A stretch of 64,000 bases of DNA from Clostridia bacterium (GCA_017396825.1 JAFQKR010000077.1:24012-88011), one strand, 5' to 3'. Counted from the stretch's first letter, positions 47,460 to 57,767 are shown. Numbers and translations are program-made. The notes: generated by a model not told the origin, from the letters alone.

Positions 47460-49238
47460 ATGCTTTTCGGAAAATACGTAAACAAATACTACCTTAAACA
47501 CCTGCCCGTAATACTTTTGGGGCTTGCATCATTGGTACTGGTTGACTTTTTTCAGCTTAAAATACCTGAGTTTTACCGTACAGTTATAAACGGCATGAAC
47601 GGAGACCCTGTCGGTACTGACGGAAGTGCGGTTTTCAACCTTGATTTTCTACTTGATGAGATTTGTCTGCCACTTATAATCGTCATTTTGGTCCTATTGA
47701 GTGGCCGTTTTTTGTGGAGGATCTGTCTCTTTGGTACTGCGCTTAAAATCGAAACCGATCTGCGTTATCAAATGTTCAATCACTGCAAAGATCTTTCACA
47801 TCAGTATTATCAAACCAACAAGGTCGGTAACCTTATGTCTTTGTTCACCAACGACCTGGAAACCATACAAGAGTGCTTCGGGATGGGTGTAATGATGATG
47901 TTTGATGCCGCCTTTCTTGGCTGTCTTGCCATATTCAAAATGTGGCGTATGGACCCTCTTCTTACTTCCCTATCCTTGATACCCATGGTATTTCTCCTTT
48001 CGGTTGCAATAATCGTTGGAAGGTTTATGACAAAAAAATGGGCAAGAAGGCAAGAATCCTTCTCAAACCTCTCCGATTTTGCCCAAGAAAGCTTTTCAGG
48101 CATAGCTGTAATAAAGGCATTTGTTAAAGAAACAAAAGAGCTATGGGCTTTTAAAAGGCTTAACGTGGAAAACGAAGAGGCAAACGTAGACTATACACGA
48201 ATGTCAACAGTTTTAAAAATATGCGTTACACTGTTTGTGGAGTCGGTTATATGTGTTATACTCGGATACGGAGGTTACTTGGTACACCAAGGAACTTTTG
48301 CCGCAGGTGAACTTGTAGAGTTCATAGGCTACTTTAACGCTATAGTTTGGCCCGTTATGGCTGTTTCCGAGCTTATAGAGCTTCGTTCCAAGGGCAAGGC
48401 TTCTCTTAAACGTATTGCCGAGCTTCTTGATGCAAAACAGGACGTGATAGATCGAGGCGAGATGGAAGAAGCCGATTATATAAGAGGTGACCTCGAATTT
48501 AAAAACCTTACCTTCCGTTATCCTGACGGTGACAGAGACGTTCTTAAGAGCGTCAGCTTTAAAATCAACGCAGGAGAAAACGTTGGCATCATAGGTAAAA
48601 CAGGCTGCGGAAAAACAACCATAGTTGACCTGATACTTCGCACATACAACATTGGCGACGGAATGCTGTTTATCGATGGACATGACGTTAACCACTTGCC
48701 TATACGCAAGGTGCGTGATGCATGCGCGTATGTACCTCAGGATAACTTTTTATTCAGCGCTACCATAGGCAGCAATATCTCCTTTGCTAAAAATGAAGCC
48801 CATGAAGCTGAGATAGAGGATGCTGCGGCACTTTCAGGTGTGGACGGAGATATAAAAGGCTTTACCTCCGGCTACGCCACCATGCTCGGAGAACGAGGCG
48901 TTACGGTTTCCGGCGGTCAAAAGCAACGTATATCCATAGCAAGAGCACTTATCAAGGATGCTCCCATCCTTATTCTTGACGACTCGGTTTCGGCGGTTGA
49001 CACAAACACGGAAAGAATTATACTGCAAAACCTTGCTGACAGACGTAAGGGGCGCACCACTATACTTATAGCCCACAGAATTTCTACCGTTGAACGCATG
49101 GATAAGATAATTTTCATAGATAAGGGTGCGGTTTTGGCGGTAGGCACTCATACAGAGCTCTACGAAACCTGCAACGAATACAAACAGATGGTTGAAATGC
49201 AAAGACTTGAGGACGAAGGAGGTAACGATAATGGGTGA
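47460..49238 (+). CDS. ABC exporter fused permease/ATPase (heterodimer half 1)
   Basis: Six TM segments, then Walker A GKTGCGKTT, signature VSGGQKQR and Walker B ILILDD. An alternative GTG start exists at 47451. Confidence 0.85.
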   Translation: MLFGKYVNKYYLKHLPVILLGLASLVLVDFFQLKIPEFYRTVINGMNGDPVGTDGSAVFNLDFLLDEICLPLIIVILVLLSGRFLWRICLFGTALKIETDLRYQMFNHCKDLSHQYYQTNKVGNLMSLFTNDLETIQECFGMGVMMMFDAAFLGCLAIFKMWRMDPLLTSLSLIPMVFLLSVAIIVGRFMTKKWARRQESFSNLSDFAQESFSGIAVIKAFVKETKELWAFKRLNVENEEANVDYTRMSTVLKICVTLFVESVICVILGYGGYLVHQGTFAAGELVEFIGYFNAIVWPVMAVSELIELRSKGKASLKRIAELLDAKQDVIDRGEMEEADYIRGDLEFKNLTFRYPDGDRDVLKSVSFKINAGENVGIIGKTGCGKTTIVDLILRTYNIGDGMLFIDGHDVNHLPIRKVRDACAYVPQDNFLFSATIGSNISFAKNEAHEAEIEDAAALSGVDGDIKGFTSGYATMLGERGVTVSGGQKQRISIARALIKDAPILILDDSVSAVDTNTERIILQNLADRRKGRTTILIAHRISTVERMDKIIFIDKGAVLAVGTHTELYETCNEYKQMVEMQRLEDEGGNDNG

Positions 49239-51120
49239 GTATTATCCTTTACTGATAATAGGCGCTATCATCGGCGTTTTCTCTATCGTATTTACAGTTG
49301 CATTTGCAACAATGAAAAACAAAAAGGAAAGCATAGGCTTTGACCGCAACATGAAGGACGGAGAAATAATCCGCCGTCTTCTGGCTTACGCCAAGCCTCA
49401 TGCAAAAAGCTTTATATTCGTAGGAATAACAATGCTTTTCTCTATCGCCTACGATATAATTTCTCCTCTTATGATAGGTAGCATCGAGGAGATGGTAAAA
49501 GAAGAAGGTTTTGAGCTTAGCAGGCTTTTTGCTTACGTTGCTGTGTACTGTGGGATACTTATCGTTTCCATGATTTGTACCTACGTACAAATGATAATTT
49601 TGCAAAAAACAGGACAACGAATAATGTCTTCCCTGCGCGAGGATGTTTTTGTTCACGTTGAATCCCTATCCCACGGTCAGCTTAATCTGATGCCTGTAGG
49701 TAAACTGGTTACCCGTGTCACTAACGACACAAATGCCATCTCTATGCTGTTTACCAACATTCTGGTGAACCTTGTCAAAAACTGCTTTATCATTATCGGT
49801 GTTCTTGTTGCTATGCTTTGCGTTAATTACCAGCTTACGCTGATGGTACTTTGTTTCGTTCCGTTTATCGTTTTGTTCACCGTTATTTTCCGCAAGTTTA
49901 CAAGAAAAGCTTTCAGAACCGTAAAGGACCGAACCACCGACATAAACACTTTCTTATCTGAAAATCTGTCAGGTATTAAAATTACACAGATATTTAATCG
50001 TGAGCAAAAAAAACTTGAGGAATTCGAGGAGAAAAACAACCTCCTTAAACGAGCAAAGCGCAATCAGATCTACGTGTTCAGCATATTCAGGCCCGTGGTT
50101 TATATGCTGTACGTTTCGTCGATTCTTTGTCTTTTGTACCTTGGCGGCAAAGGATATATAGGCGGCGGTACTTTCCTGGGGCAGACGCTTACAAGCGGAA
50201 TTATCGTTACATTTTACATGTATATCAACAAATTCTTTAACCCTATTCAAAGTTTGGCGGAACAGTTTAACTGGCTGCAATCTGCCTTTGCCTCGGCGGA
50301 AAAAATCTTTTCCGTTATGGACATAGAGCCTACGGTCGTAGACCTGCCGGATGCTATCGAACCTACAGAAATAAAAGGCGATATCGAATTTAAAAACGTG
50401 TGGTTTGCGTACGTTCCGGATCAGTGGGTGCTTAAGGATGTTTCTTTCAGCATTAAAGCAGGAGAGACCGTTGCCTTTGTCGGTTCAACGGGCTCGGGTA
50501 AATCTACTATTCTGTCACTGATATGCAGAAATCACGAGGTTACTAAGGGGCAGATTTTAATAGATGGCATAGACATAAAAAAATACAAAATCTCAGCCTT
50601 AAGAAAGCACTTTGGGCAAATGCTTCAAGATGTGTTTATGTTTTCGGGAACAATTCGCAGTAACATAGTTCTACGAGAAGAAGGCTTCAGCGATGAGGAG
50701 ATCATGAGGGTTTGCCGTTATATAAACGCAGACAGTTTTATCGATAAACTCCCCCTGGGCCTTGACGAGCCTGTAAGAGAACGCGGGAACAACTTTTCCG
50801 CCGGTCAGCGTCAGCTTCTTTCTTTTGCAAGAACCATTATACACAAGCCTTCCGTTATGATTTTGGATGAAGCAACAGCTAACATCGATATGGAAACCGA
50901 AAAGCTTATACAAGACTCTCTTGAAAAAATGATGAATATCGGTACTATGCTTATGGTTGCCCACAGACTGTCCACCATACAACACGCCGATAACATCATC
51001 CTCCTATCCCACGGAGAAATTAAGGAGCAAGGGAATCATCAAGAACTGTTAAAGCTTAGGGGCAGATATCATAGACTTTATATGCTTCAGTATCATAAAG
51101 AAAAATTAGCGTCAAGCTGA
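49231..51120 (+). CDS. ABC exporter fused permease/ATPase (heterodimer half 2)
   Basis: ATG with GGAGGT upstream. It overlaps the upstream stop by 8 nt. Walker A GSTGSGKST, signature FSAGQRQL and Walker B MILDEA. Confidence 0.85.
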   Translation: MGEYYPLLIIGAIIGVFSIVFTVAFATMKNKKESIGFDRNMKDGEIIRRLLAYAKPHAKSFIFVGITMLFSIAYDIISPLMIGSIEEMVKEEGFELSRLFAYVAVYCGILIVSMICTYVQMIILQKTGQRIMSSLREDVFVHVESLSHGQLNLMPVGKLVTRVTNDTNAISMLFTNILVNLVKNCFIIIGVLVAMLCVNYQLTLMVLCFVPFIVLFTVIFRKFTRKAFRTVKDRTTDINTFLSENLSGIKITQIFNREQKKLEEFEEKNNLLKRAKRNQIYVFSIFRPVVYMLYVSSILCLLYLGGKGYIGGGTFLGQTLTSGIIVTFYMYINKFFNPIQSLAEQFNWLQSAFASAEKIFSVMDIEPTVVDLPDAIEPTEIKGDIEFKNVWFAYVPDQWVLKDVSFSIKAGETVAFVGSTGSGKSTILSLICRNHEVTKGQILIDGIDIKKYKISALRKHFGQMLQDVFMFSGTIRSNIVLREEGFSDEEIMRVCRYINADSFIDKLPLGLDEPVRERGNNFSAGQRQLLSFARTIIHKPSVMILDEATANIDMETEKLIQDSLEKMMNIGTMLMVAHRLSTIQHADNIILLSHGEIKEQGNHQELLKLRGRYHRLYMLQYHKEKLASS

Positions 51121-51134
51121 TTTTATAGAAACTA

Positions 51135-51163
51135 TTGATTTTTCACAAAATGGATTGTATAAT
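51135..51163 (+). promoter_or_regulatory. Sigma-A-type promoter of yegP
   Basis: TTGATT, 17 nt, TATAAT with an extended TGT. Confidence 0.5.
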
Positions 51164-51193
51164 ATAGGTGATTAAAATATTTGGAGGTAAATT

Positions 51194-51562
51194 ATGGGAA
51201 AATTTGTTATTCGTGAAACCGCAACCGGTATTAAATTTGATCTTAAGGCTGACAACGGTCAGGTTATCGCTACTTCCGAGGTATACACCACAGAGGATGC
51301 GTGCAGAAACGGCATCGCAAGCGTTCAAAAGAATGCACCCGTTGCTGCAATCGAGGACCAGACTGTAGAAGGCTATGCAACTGAAAAGCATCCTAAGTTT
51401 GAAATCTACAAGGACAAGGCCGGTGAGTTCCGTTTCCGTCTCAAGGCTACTAACGGTCAGGTTATAGCGGTTAGCGAAGGCTACAAGGCTATGGCAAGCT
51501 GTGAAAACGGCATTGAAAGTGTTAAGAAGAATTCTGCTGACGCTGCTATTGTTGAGGAGTAA
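51194..51562 (+). CDS. YegP family (tandem DUF1508) protein
   Basis: Two repeats of the F.LKA.NGQVIA.SE.Y....A..NGI.SV.KN pattern. Confidence 0.8.
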   Translation: MGKFVIRETATGIKFDLKADNGQVIATSEVYTTEDACRNGIASVQKNAPVAAIEDQTVEGYATEKHPKFEIYKDKAGEFRFRLKATNGQVIAVSEGYKAMASCENGIESVKKNSADAAIVEE

Positions 51563-51565
51563 ATC

Positions 51566-51790
51566 ATGGGCTTCGATTTAAAGGGTAAGATCTCCGAGAT
51601 AATTGACAAAATAAAGAACGACAAGGGGCTTATGGATAAATTCAAGGCAAGCCCTGAAAATACCGTTGAAGAGCTTATCGGCGTGGATATTCCGGACGGT
51701 ATGCTTAGTAAGGTTGTGGACGGCGTTAAAAGCGGCATAGTTGCAGACAAGGCAAAGGACGCTTTGGGCGCACTTAAAAACCTATTTTAA
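51566..51790 (+). CDS. Small helical hypothetical protein
   Basis: GAGGAG lies 7 nt upstream and the gap after yegP is 3 nt. 74 aa, Lys/Asp-rich, with no family I recognise confidently. Confidence 0.4.
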   Translation: MGFDLKGKISEIIDKIKNDKGLMDKFKASPENTVEELIGVDIPDGMLSKVVDGVKSGIVADKAKDALGALKNLF

Positions 51791-51806
51791 CAAATTACTA
51801 CGTAGT

Positions 51807-51832
51807 AAAAGGCGACTTTTGGTCGCCTTTTT
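51807..51832 (+). terminator. Intrinsic terminator
   Basis: AAAAGGCGAC TTTTG GTCGCCTTTT. Confidence 0.7.
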
Positions 51833-51894
51833 ATATTGCCAGAACATAATTTTTATGATATAATGAAATAGATAAATTTTATGGAGGAAATTCT

Positions 51895-53484
51895 GTGGCT
51901 ACCTACTTGTTGCTTGGCGCGATAGTAATGTTTGCGTGCGTTTCGCTTAACAAAGTCTCTACACGTCTCGGCATCCCTACCCTGCTTGCCTTTATCCTTT
52001 TAGGCATGCTTTTCGGTAGTGACGGTGTGTTCAAGATACCTTTTGATAATTATGGATTTGCAGAACAGATTTGCTCCTTTGCATTGATATTCATTATGTT
52101 TTACGGCGGCTTTGGCACAAATTGGAAGGTAGCAAAACCCGTAGCTTTCCGCGCTGCCTTGTTGTCAGGTCCCGGTGTTATAATGACGGCGGGGTTGGTT
52201 GGCTTTTTTTGTCACTATGCCTTAGGTATTCCGTTTTTGGAAAGCATGCTTATAGGTGCTGTTATCAGTTCTACTGATGCTGCATCGGTTTTCTCTATTC
52301 TTCGTTCTAAAAAACTAGGTCTTAAATACAACACGGCTTCACTTCTTGAGGTTGAAAGCGGTAGTAACGACCCATTTGCTTATATGATGACAGCGATAAT
52401 ACTGTCAATAATGGGCGGTACAGCCGGTGGCGGTAAATTGGTCTATTTGGTTTTTGCTCAGATAGCTTATGGCGTTGGTTTTGGTGCCGTAATAGCCTTT
52501 GCTTCGGTTTATTTGATGAAACGGATCCGTTTCACGGCATCGGGATTTGATGCCGTTTTCGTGACCGCTGTTGCTGTACTTGCTTACGCTGCTCCCACTA
52601 TTGTGGGCGGCAACGGCTACCTCAGTACTTATATAGTTGGTATCATTTTGGGCAATGCAAACATCCGCAACAAAAAAAACTTGTTCCCATATTTTGACGG
52701 AATTACAGGCATTATGCAAATGCTTATATTCTTCTTACTGGGCCTGCTTTCTTTCCCGTCAAAGCTACCGGAGGTTGCGCTTCCCGCTTTATTTATCGCA
52801 CTTTTCCTGACCTTCATAGCACGACCCGTAACTGTATTTGCACTTCTTACCCCTTTCCGTTGCAAAAGCCAACAAATACTTACAGTTTCTTGGGCAGGGC
52901 TCAGAGGAGCCGCATCCATAGTTTTCGCCATAATGGCAACCATGGACGAGAGCACGGAAAACGACATCTTTCACATAGTTTTCTTTATAGTTTTGTTTTC
53001 TATTCTCTTCCAAGGCTCGCTCATCCCATTCGTATCTAAAAAACTTTCCATGATAGACAAAGGGGCAGACGTTATGAAAACCTTCTCTGACTATACCGAG
53101 GAGGTTCCTGTTCAGTTTATTCAGTTCACCATGGACGATAGTCACGGTTGGTGTAACAAAAGCCTTATGGAAATCACACTTCCCCCTGCAACCCTCATCG
53201 TTATGATAAGACGAGGCGAAAAACGCATGATTCCTAATGGTAGCACTGTTTTACAAAGCGGGGACACAGTGGTGCTAAGCGCCCGTTCTCCTGAAAAAGC
53301 AGAGGATGTATTCTTGTTTGAAAAACACATACGTCCAATGGACGATCTTGTAGGAAAACCGCTTTTTGAAATGGATTCAGGCGGCGCATTGGTGATCTTA
53401 ATAAAACGTGACAAGCAGGTTATTATCCCAAACGGCAATACTGTCCTTATGGCAGGTGACGTTTTGGTTTTGAATAGACCGTAA
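51895..53484 (+). CDS. K+/H+ antiporter (CPA1, NhaP2/CvrA-like) with C-terminal TrkA-C (RCK_C) domains
   Basis: GTG start with GGAGG 7 nt upstream. About 12 TM segments. It has the SSTDAASVF motif and two RCK_C-like repeats (GDTVVLSA, GDVLVLN). Confidence 0.8.
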   Translation: MATYLLLGAIVMFACVSLNKVSTRLGIPTLLAFILLGMLFGSDGVFKIPFDNYGFAEQICSFALIFIMFYGGFGTNWKVAKPVAFRAALLSGPGVIMTAGLVGFFCHYALGIPFLESMLIGAVISSTDAASVFSILRSKKLGLKYNTASLLEVESGSNDPFAYMMTAIILSIMGGTAGGGKLVYLVFAQIAYGVGFGAVIAFASVYLMKRIRFTASGFDAVFVTAVAVLAYAAPTIVGGNGYLSTYIVGIILGNANIRNKKNLFPYFDGITGIMQMLIFFLLGLLSFPSKLPEVALPALFIALFLTFIARPVTVFALLTPFRCKSQQILTVSWAGLRGAASIVFAIMATMDESTENDIFHIVFFIVLFSILFQGSLIPFVSKKLSMIDKGADVMKTFSDYTEEVPVQFIQFTMDDSHGWCNKSLMEITLPPATLIVMIRRGEKRMIPNGSTVLQSGDTVVLSARSPEKAEDVFLFEKHIRPMDDLVGKPLFEMDSGGALVILIKRDKQVIIPNGNTVLMAGDVLVLNRP

Positions 53485-53522
53485 AAAATGGCTGTAAAAA
53501 CTATGTTTTTACAGCCATTTTC
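53484..53522. terminator. Bidirectional intrinsic terminator
   Basis: AATGGCTGTAAAAAC / GTTTTTACAGCCATT 15-bp stem between convergent genes. Confidence 0.75.
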
Positions 53523-54754
53523 TATTTAGCATTAGCAAGCATAAGCTTAATTCGGTTTACTTGATTTACCTGAGAGGCACTTGCATCGTAGTCAATAGCC
53601 ACGATATTTATATCGGGGTTTCTATCCTTGATAGGTTTCATCATCCCTTTACCGCATATATGGTTGGGAAGACACCCAAAAGGCTGAGTGCATACAATGT
53701 TCTTTACGCCGCTATCAGCAAGCTCCAACATCTCCGCAGGAAGCAACCACCCTTCCCCCATCTTACAACCGTGGCTTATGTATCCCTCTGTCAGTTCAAT
53801 AACACGACTGAACTTGGCGGGGGCACGAAAAACTCCATGTTCTTTTATAAGCCGAATAACCTCTGCTTGTTTTTTTAACATAAAATTAAAAGCAAATTTT
53901 ATAGCGGGATGGAAAAGGCGCCCCTTTTTATACAATATATAATCCGATATCTGATTATACATACAGTACATAAAAAAGTCAAAAAGGCCGGGAATAGTTA
54001 CTTCAGCGCCGTTATCAACAAGCAACTGCTCTAAGTTGTTATTTCCAAGAGGCGAAAATTTAACGTATATCTCACCTACAATGCCGACTTGCACCTTTTT
54101 TTCTTTTTTTCTAGGAAGTTTTGCAAAAGCATCTAAAATCAAAGAGCAGTTAGCCTTAAACTTTTTAAATGAAATTCCATCTGCGCTCATTTTTCGAATA
54201 AGCTTATCACAATACTCCTCCGCCAATGTTTGAGCAGCACCGGATATAAGTTCATAAGGCTTACACTGGTTACGTAAAGAAAACAGCAGATCTCCGTAAA
54301 GAACCGCATAAACGCAACGGTGTAAAGCCGACAGTGAAAGCTTAAAGCCCGAATGCTTCTCAAGCCCTCTAAGGCTTAACGATATAACGGGAATATGACC
54401 AAGCCCTGCTTTTTTCAGCGCCTTTCGTATAAGAGATATGTAATTAGAAGCGCGACAACCGCCACCGGTTTGAAAATACAGAAGTGCAACCTTATTGGTA
54501 TCGTATTTTCCCGACAGTAAAGCATCCAAAAACTGACCAATAACCAATATCGCAGGATAGCAGGTATCGTTATGACAGTATTTTAATCCAAGTTCCGGAA
54601 TATTTGTGCCGCTGTTTTGTAAAAGTTCAACGTTGTATCCTTCGGTTTCAAGGACCTTAGCGATAAGACTGAACTGCAAAGGGAGCATATTGGGGGCAAG
54701 AATAGTATAATCCTTTTTCATTTCTTTTGTAAATTCAACGTAGTTACCGCTCAC
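53522..54754 (-). CDS. 2-hydroxyacyl-CoA dehydratase-like / activase-related partner subunit
   Basis: Cys motifs CHNDTCYPA, GGGCRASNY and CTQPFGCLPNHICGKG. It is homologous to the C-terminal module of the upstream gene. Its start overlaps the upstream stop by 1 nt. Confidence 0.7.
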   Translation of the reverse strand: MSGNYVEFTKEMKKDYTILAPNMLPLQFSLIAKVLETEGYNVELLQNSGTNIPELGLKYCHNDTCYPAILVIGQFLDALLSGKYDTNKVALLYFQTGGGCRASNYISLIRKALKKAGLGHIPVISLSLRGLEKHSGFKLSLSALHRCVYAVLYGDLLFSLRNQCKPYELISGAAQTLAEEYCDKLIRKMSADGISFKKFKANCSLILDAFAKLPRKKEKKVQVGIVGEIYVKFSPLGNNNLEQLLVDNGAEVTIPGLFDFFMYCMYNQISDYILYKKGRLFHPAIKFAFNFMLKKQAEVIRLIKEHGVFRAPAKFSRVIELTEGYISHGCKMGEGWLLPAEMLELADSGVKNIVCTQPFGCLPNHICGKGMMKPIKDRNPDINIVAIDYDASASQVNQVNRIKLMLANAK

Positions 54755-57696
54755 TATTCCCCCTCCTTTTCATCCAAAGCACCCAGCAAGCTTCTGAGCC
54801 TTATCTTAACAGCGCCAAGGTTGGTTATTTCATCAATTTTAAGTTGGGTATAATATTTGCCGCCGTTTTCGAGAATAGAACATACCTCGTCGGTAGTTAT
54901 CGCATCCACACCGCAACCGAAGGACACAAGCTGCACCAACTGCACGTCCTTGTTTTCAACAGCAAATTTTGCGCTCCTATAAAGACGGGAATGATAGGTC
55001 CACTGATTAAGAACACCTAGTTGAACGGGCATATCCGTAAGATGGCAAATGCTGTCCTCGCTTACCACCGCAAGCCCAAGACTGTTTATAAGAGTATCTA
55101 TACCGTGATTGATTTCCGGATCAACATGATAAGGTCTGCCAGCCAGCACTATAATTCTACTGCCGTTCTCGCGAGCCTCGATAAGTGACCTTTCGCCTTC
55201 CAAGCGTATTAACTTCATGTGCTCCTTATACTGCTTTATACCGCGCTTTACCGCCTTGTTTAAAGCCCTGCTGCTAAACTTTCCGAATACGCCTTCAAGA
55301 CACTTTCCAATTCCCTTCGCTAACTGAGAGGGGTTGTTTATATCAAGATACGGGTACAGAAACTTAGTTCTATCCTTAAGATCCATGTTACCGTTTAATA
55401 ACTCAGAATAATAAGCAACAACGGGACAGTTATAATGATTGTTTCCGCTGTTTTCGTTGACGTTGTTGGTAAGACACGGATAAAAAATTGCATCGACGGT
55501 CTTTTCTATCAATTCCTCAATGTGGCCGTGCATTATTTTTGCAGGGTAGCAGGCTGTATCAGACGGTATTGAAAACTGACCTTTTTCATAAATACGCCTT
55601 GTGGAAGGAGAAGAAACCACAGTTTTAAAGCCAAGGCTTTGGAATATGCCGTGCCAAAGCGGTAGAAGCTCGTACATGCCGAGGGCCAATGGCAACCCTA
55701 TGGTTCCGACTGTGCCGTCACCCTCCGGTAACGAAGCCAGCAATCCACGCTTAAATCGGTACAAATTAGCTAAAGGCTTACCGGAAAACTCTTCTCCAAG
55801 CCCCTTCTCACAACGGTTGCCGGAAATATATCTTTTACCGTTACCAAAGGTGTTAACAGTTAGATGGCAGTTATTAGTGCAACCGCGGCAAACAGCGCTT
55901 TTGGCTTGATGTGTAAAGTTATTGAGTTCTTCCGTTTTTATTAGACTGCTGTCTTTTACGCGCATGGCACAAAGAGCCGCACCAAAAGCACCCATAAGAC
56001 CCGCTATTGAAGGCCTTACCACATTTTTACCAAGCTCCTTTTCGAAAGCGCGCAAAACTGCATCGTTATAAAAAGTGCCGCCTTGAACAACGATATTCTC
56101 ACCAAGTTCATCGGGGGATGAAGCACGTATAACCTTATACAAAGCGTTTTTAACCACGCTGATGGACAGTCCCGCGGATATATCCTCAACAGCAGCCCCT
56201 TCCTTTTGCGATTGCTTAACGGATGAGTTCATAAACACGGTACAACGGCTACCCAAATTAACCGGATTGTGTGCAAATATACCGCGTGTGGCAAATTCCT
56301 CGATATCAAAGCCAAGGGACTTTGCAAAGGTTTCGAGAAAAGAACCGCATCCCGAAGAACAAGCCTCATTTAGCATAATACTGTCAATAGCACCGTTCCT
56401 TATACGAAAGCACTTTATGTCCTGACCGCCTATATCGAGTATAAAATCAACACCGGGCATAAAATACTTCGCGGCGGTGTAATGGGCAATGGTCTCTACA
56501 ACGCCAATATCTACGCCAAAAGCATTTTTAATAAGTTCTTCACCGTAACCGGTAGCTGCTGAACCACATATTTTTATACGATTGCCGCCAAGGGCATATA
56601 TCTTTTTCAGTTCATCTTTAACTACTTCAACGGGGTTGCCCTTATTAGAAGCGTAATAACTGTAAAGTATCTCCTTATCCTCGTTGATAAGGACAAGCTT
56701 CGTAGTTGTACTGCCGCAATCTATCCCTAAATAGGCATTGCCTCTATACGCTTCAGCATCACATCTTTTTACATCAGAACCGCTATGGCGGGATTTAAAC
56801 TCCCGGTATTCCTTTGGGTCTGCAAAAAGCGGGGGCAAGCGGTTTTGAGAAACGGTATTTTCAGGGGCAAGATTAATTCTGGAAAGCAATTGCTCACCGG
56901 TTAAAACCGTACCGTTTTTTTCAGCATAGATCGCAGTCCCCATTGCAACCGCAAAACGAGCGTATGCAGGGAAAACAGCATTATTTGCCGGAATTTTAAG
57001 GGTTTCTATAAAACGTCTTCTCAGTCCTTCGCAATAATAGAGGGGACCTCCCAGGAACAAAACCTTTCCCTCAATACGCCTACCCTGGGCAAGACCGGCT
57101 ATGGTTTGGTTAACTACCGCTTGATAAATACTTGCCGCAACGTCCTCTTTTCTTGCTCCTTGGTTTAACAACGGCTGAATATCGGTTTTTGCAAACACTC
57201 CGCAACGGGACGCTATGGGATATATTCTTTTATAATCAAGGCTAAGTCTGTCTAAGGTGTCGGGATCAACATCTAAAAGAGTAGCCATTTGATCAATAAA
57301 CGCACCGGTTCCGCCTGCACAGCTTCCGTTCATGCGCTCATCAATTCCCCCGTCGAAGAAAATGATCTTTGCATCCTCTCCGCCAAGTTCAATAACACAG
57401 GAGGTATCGGGCTCCATATACCTAACAACCTCTCCTGTTGCAAAAACCTCTTGAATAAAAGCGACCTCTGCACTTTCTGCAAGCCCTAACCCTGCAGAGC
57501 CTGATATTGCAATACTCATCGGAGAATCGCCTATTATATTTCCGATTTCCTTTATTAACTCGCAGCATTTTTCCCTAACCTTGGAAAAATGTCTTGCGTA
57601 TTTTTCATAAACCACCGCGCGGTTTTTAATTAATACAGCCTTTGCCGTGGTGGAGCCTATATCAATACCTAATAAATACTCAGTTTTAACGTCCAT
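54754..57696 (-). CDS. Fused protein: two BcrAD/BadFG-type ATPase (activase) domains plus a dehydratase-like module
   Basis: Two acetate/sugar-kinase-fold starts (LGIDIGSTTAKAV, LGIDCGSTTTKLV). Cluster-bridging Cys motifs SRCGVFA and GSRCTVF. A CRGCTNNCH linker, then SDTACYPAKI, HYNCPVVAYY and VSFGCGVDA. Confidence 0.8.
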   Translation of the reverse strand: MDVKTEYLLGIDIGSTTAKAVLIKNRAVVYEKYARHFSKVREKCCELIKEIGNIIGDSPMSIAISGSAGLGLAESAEVAFIQEVFATGEVVRYMEPDTSCVIELGGEDAKIIFFDGGIDERMNGSCAGGTGAFIDQMATLLDVDPDTLDRLSLDYKRIYPIASRCGVFAKTDIQPLLNQGARKEDVAASIYQAVVNQTIAGLAQGRRIEGKVLFLGGPLYYCEGLRRRFIETLKIPANNAVFPAYARFAVAMGTAIYAEKNGTVLTGEQLLSRINLAPENTVSQNRLPPLFADPKEYREFKSRHSGSDVKRCDAEAYRGNAYLGIDCGSTTTKLVLINEDKEILYSYYASNKGNPVEVVKDELKKIYALGGNRIKICGSAATGYGEELIKNAFGVDIGVVETIAHYTAAKYFMPGVDFILDIGGQDIKCFRIRNGAIDSIMLNEACSSGCGSFLETFAKSLGFDIEEFATRGIFAHNPVNLGSRCTVFMNSSVKQSQKEGAAVEDISAGLSISVVKNALYKVIRASSPDELGENIVVQGGTFYNDAVLRAFEKELGKNVVRPSIAGLMGAFGAALCAMRVKDSSLIKTEELNNFTHQAKSAVCRGCTNNCHLTVNTFGNGKRYISGNRCEKGLGEEFSGKPLANLYRFKRGLLASLPEGDGTVGTIGLPLALGMYELLPLWHGIFQSLGFKTVVSSPSTRRIYEKGQFSIPSDTACYPAKIMHGHIEELIEKTVDAIFYPCLTNNVNENSGNNHYNCPVVAYYSELLNGNMDLKDRTKFLYPYLDINNPSQLAKGIGKCLEGVFGKFSSRALNKAVKRGIKQYKEHMKLIRLEGERSLIEARENGSRIIVLAGRPYHVDPEINHGIDTLINSLGLAVVSEDSICHLTDMPVQLGVLNQWTYHSRLYRSAKFAVENKDVQLVQLVSFGCGVDAITTDEVCSILENGGKYYTQLKIDEITNLGAVKIRLRSLLGALDEKEGE

Positions 57697-57738
57697 AACT
57701 ATTGAAATCCGCCCAAATATCCATTGTAATTTATACTG

Positions 57739-57767
57739 ATTTTAGCACTTATTTGTTTTTTTGTCAA
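57739..57767 (-). promoter_or_regulatory. Sigma-A-type promoter of the activase operon
   Basis: TTGACA, 17 nt, TAAAAT with an extended TGC. Confidence 0.55.
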
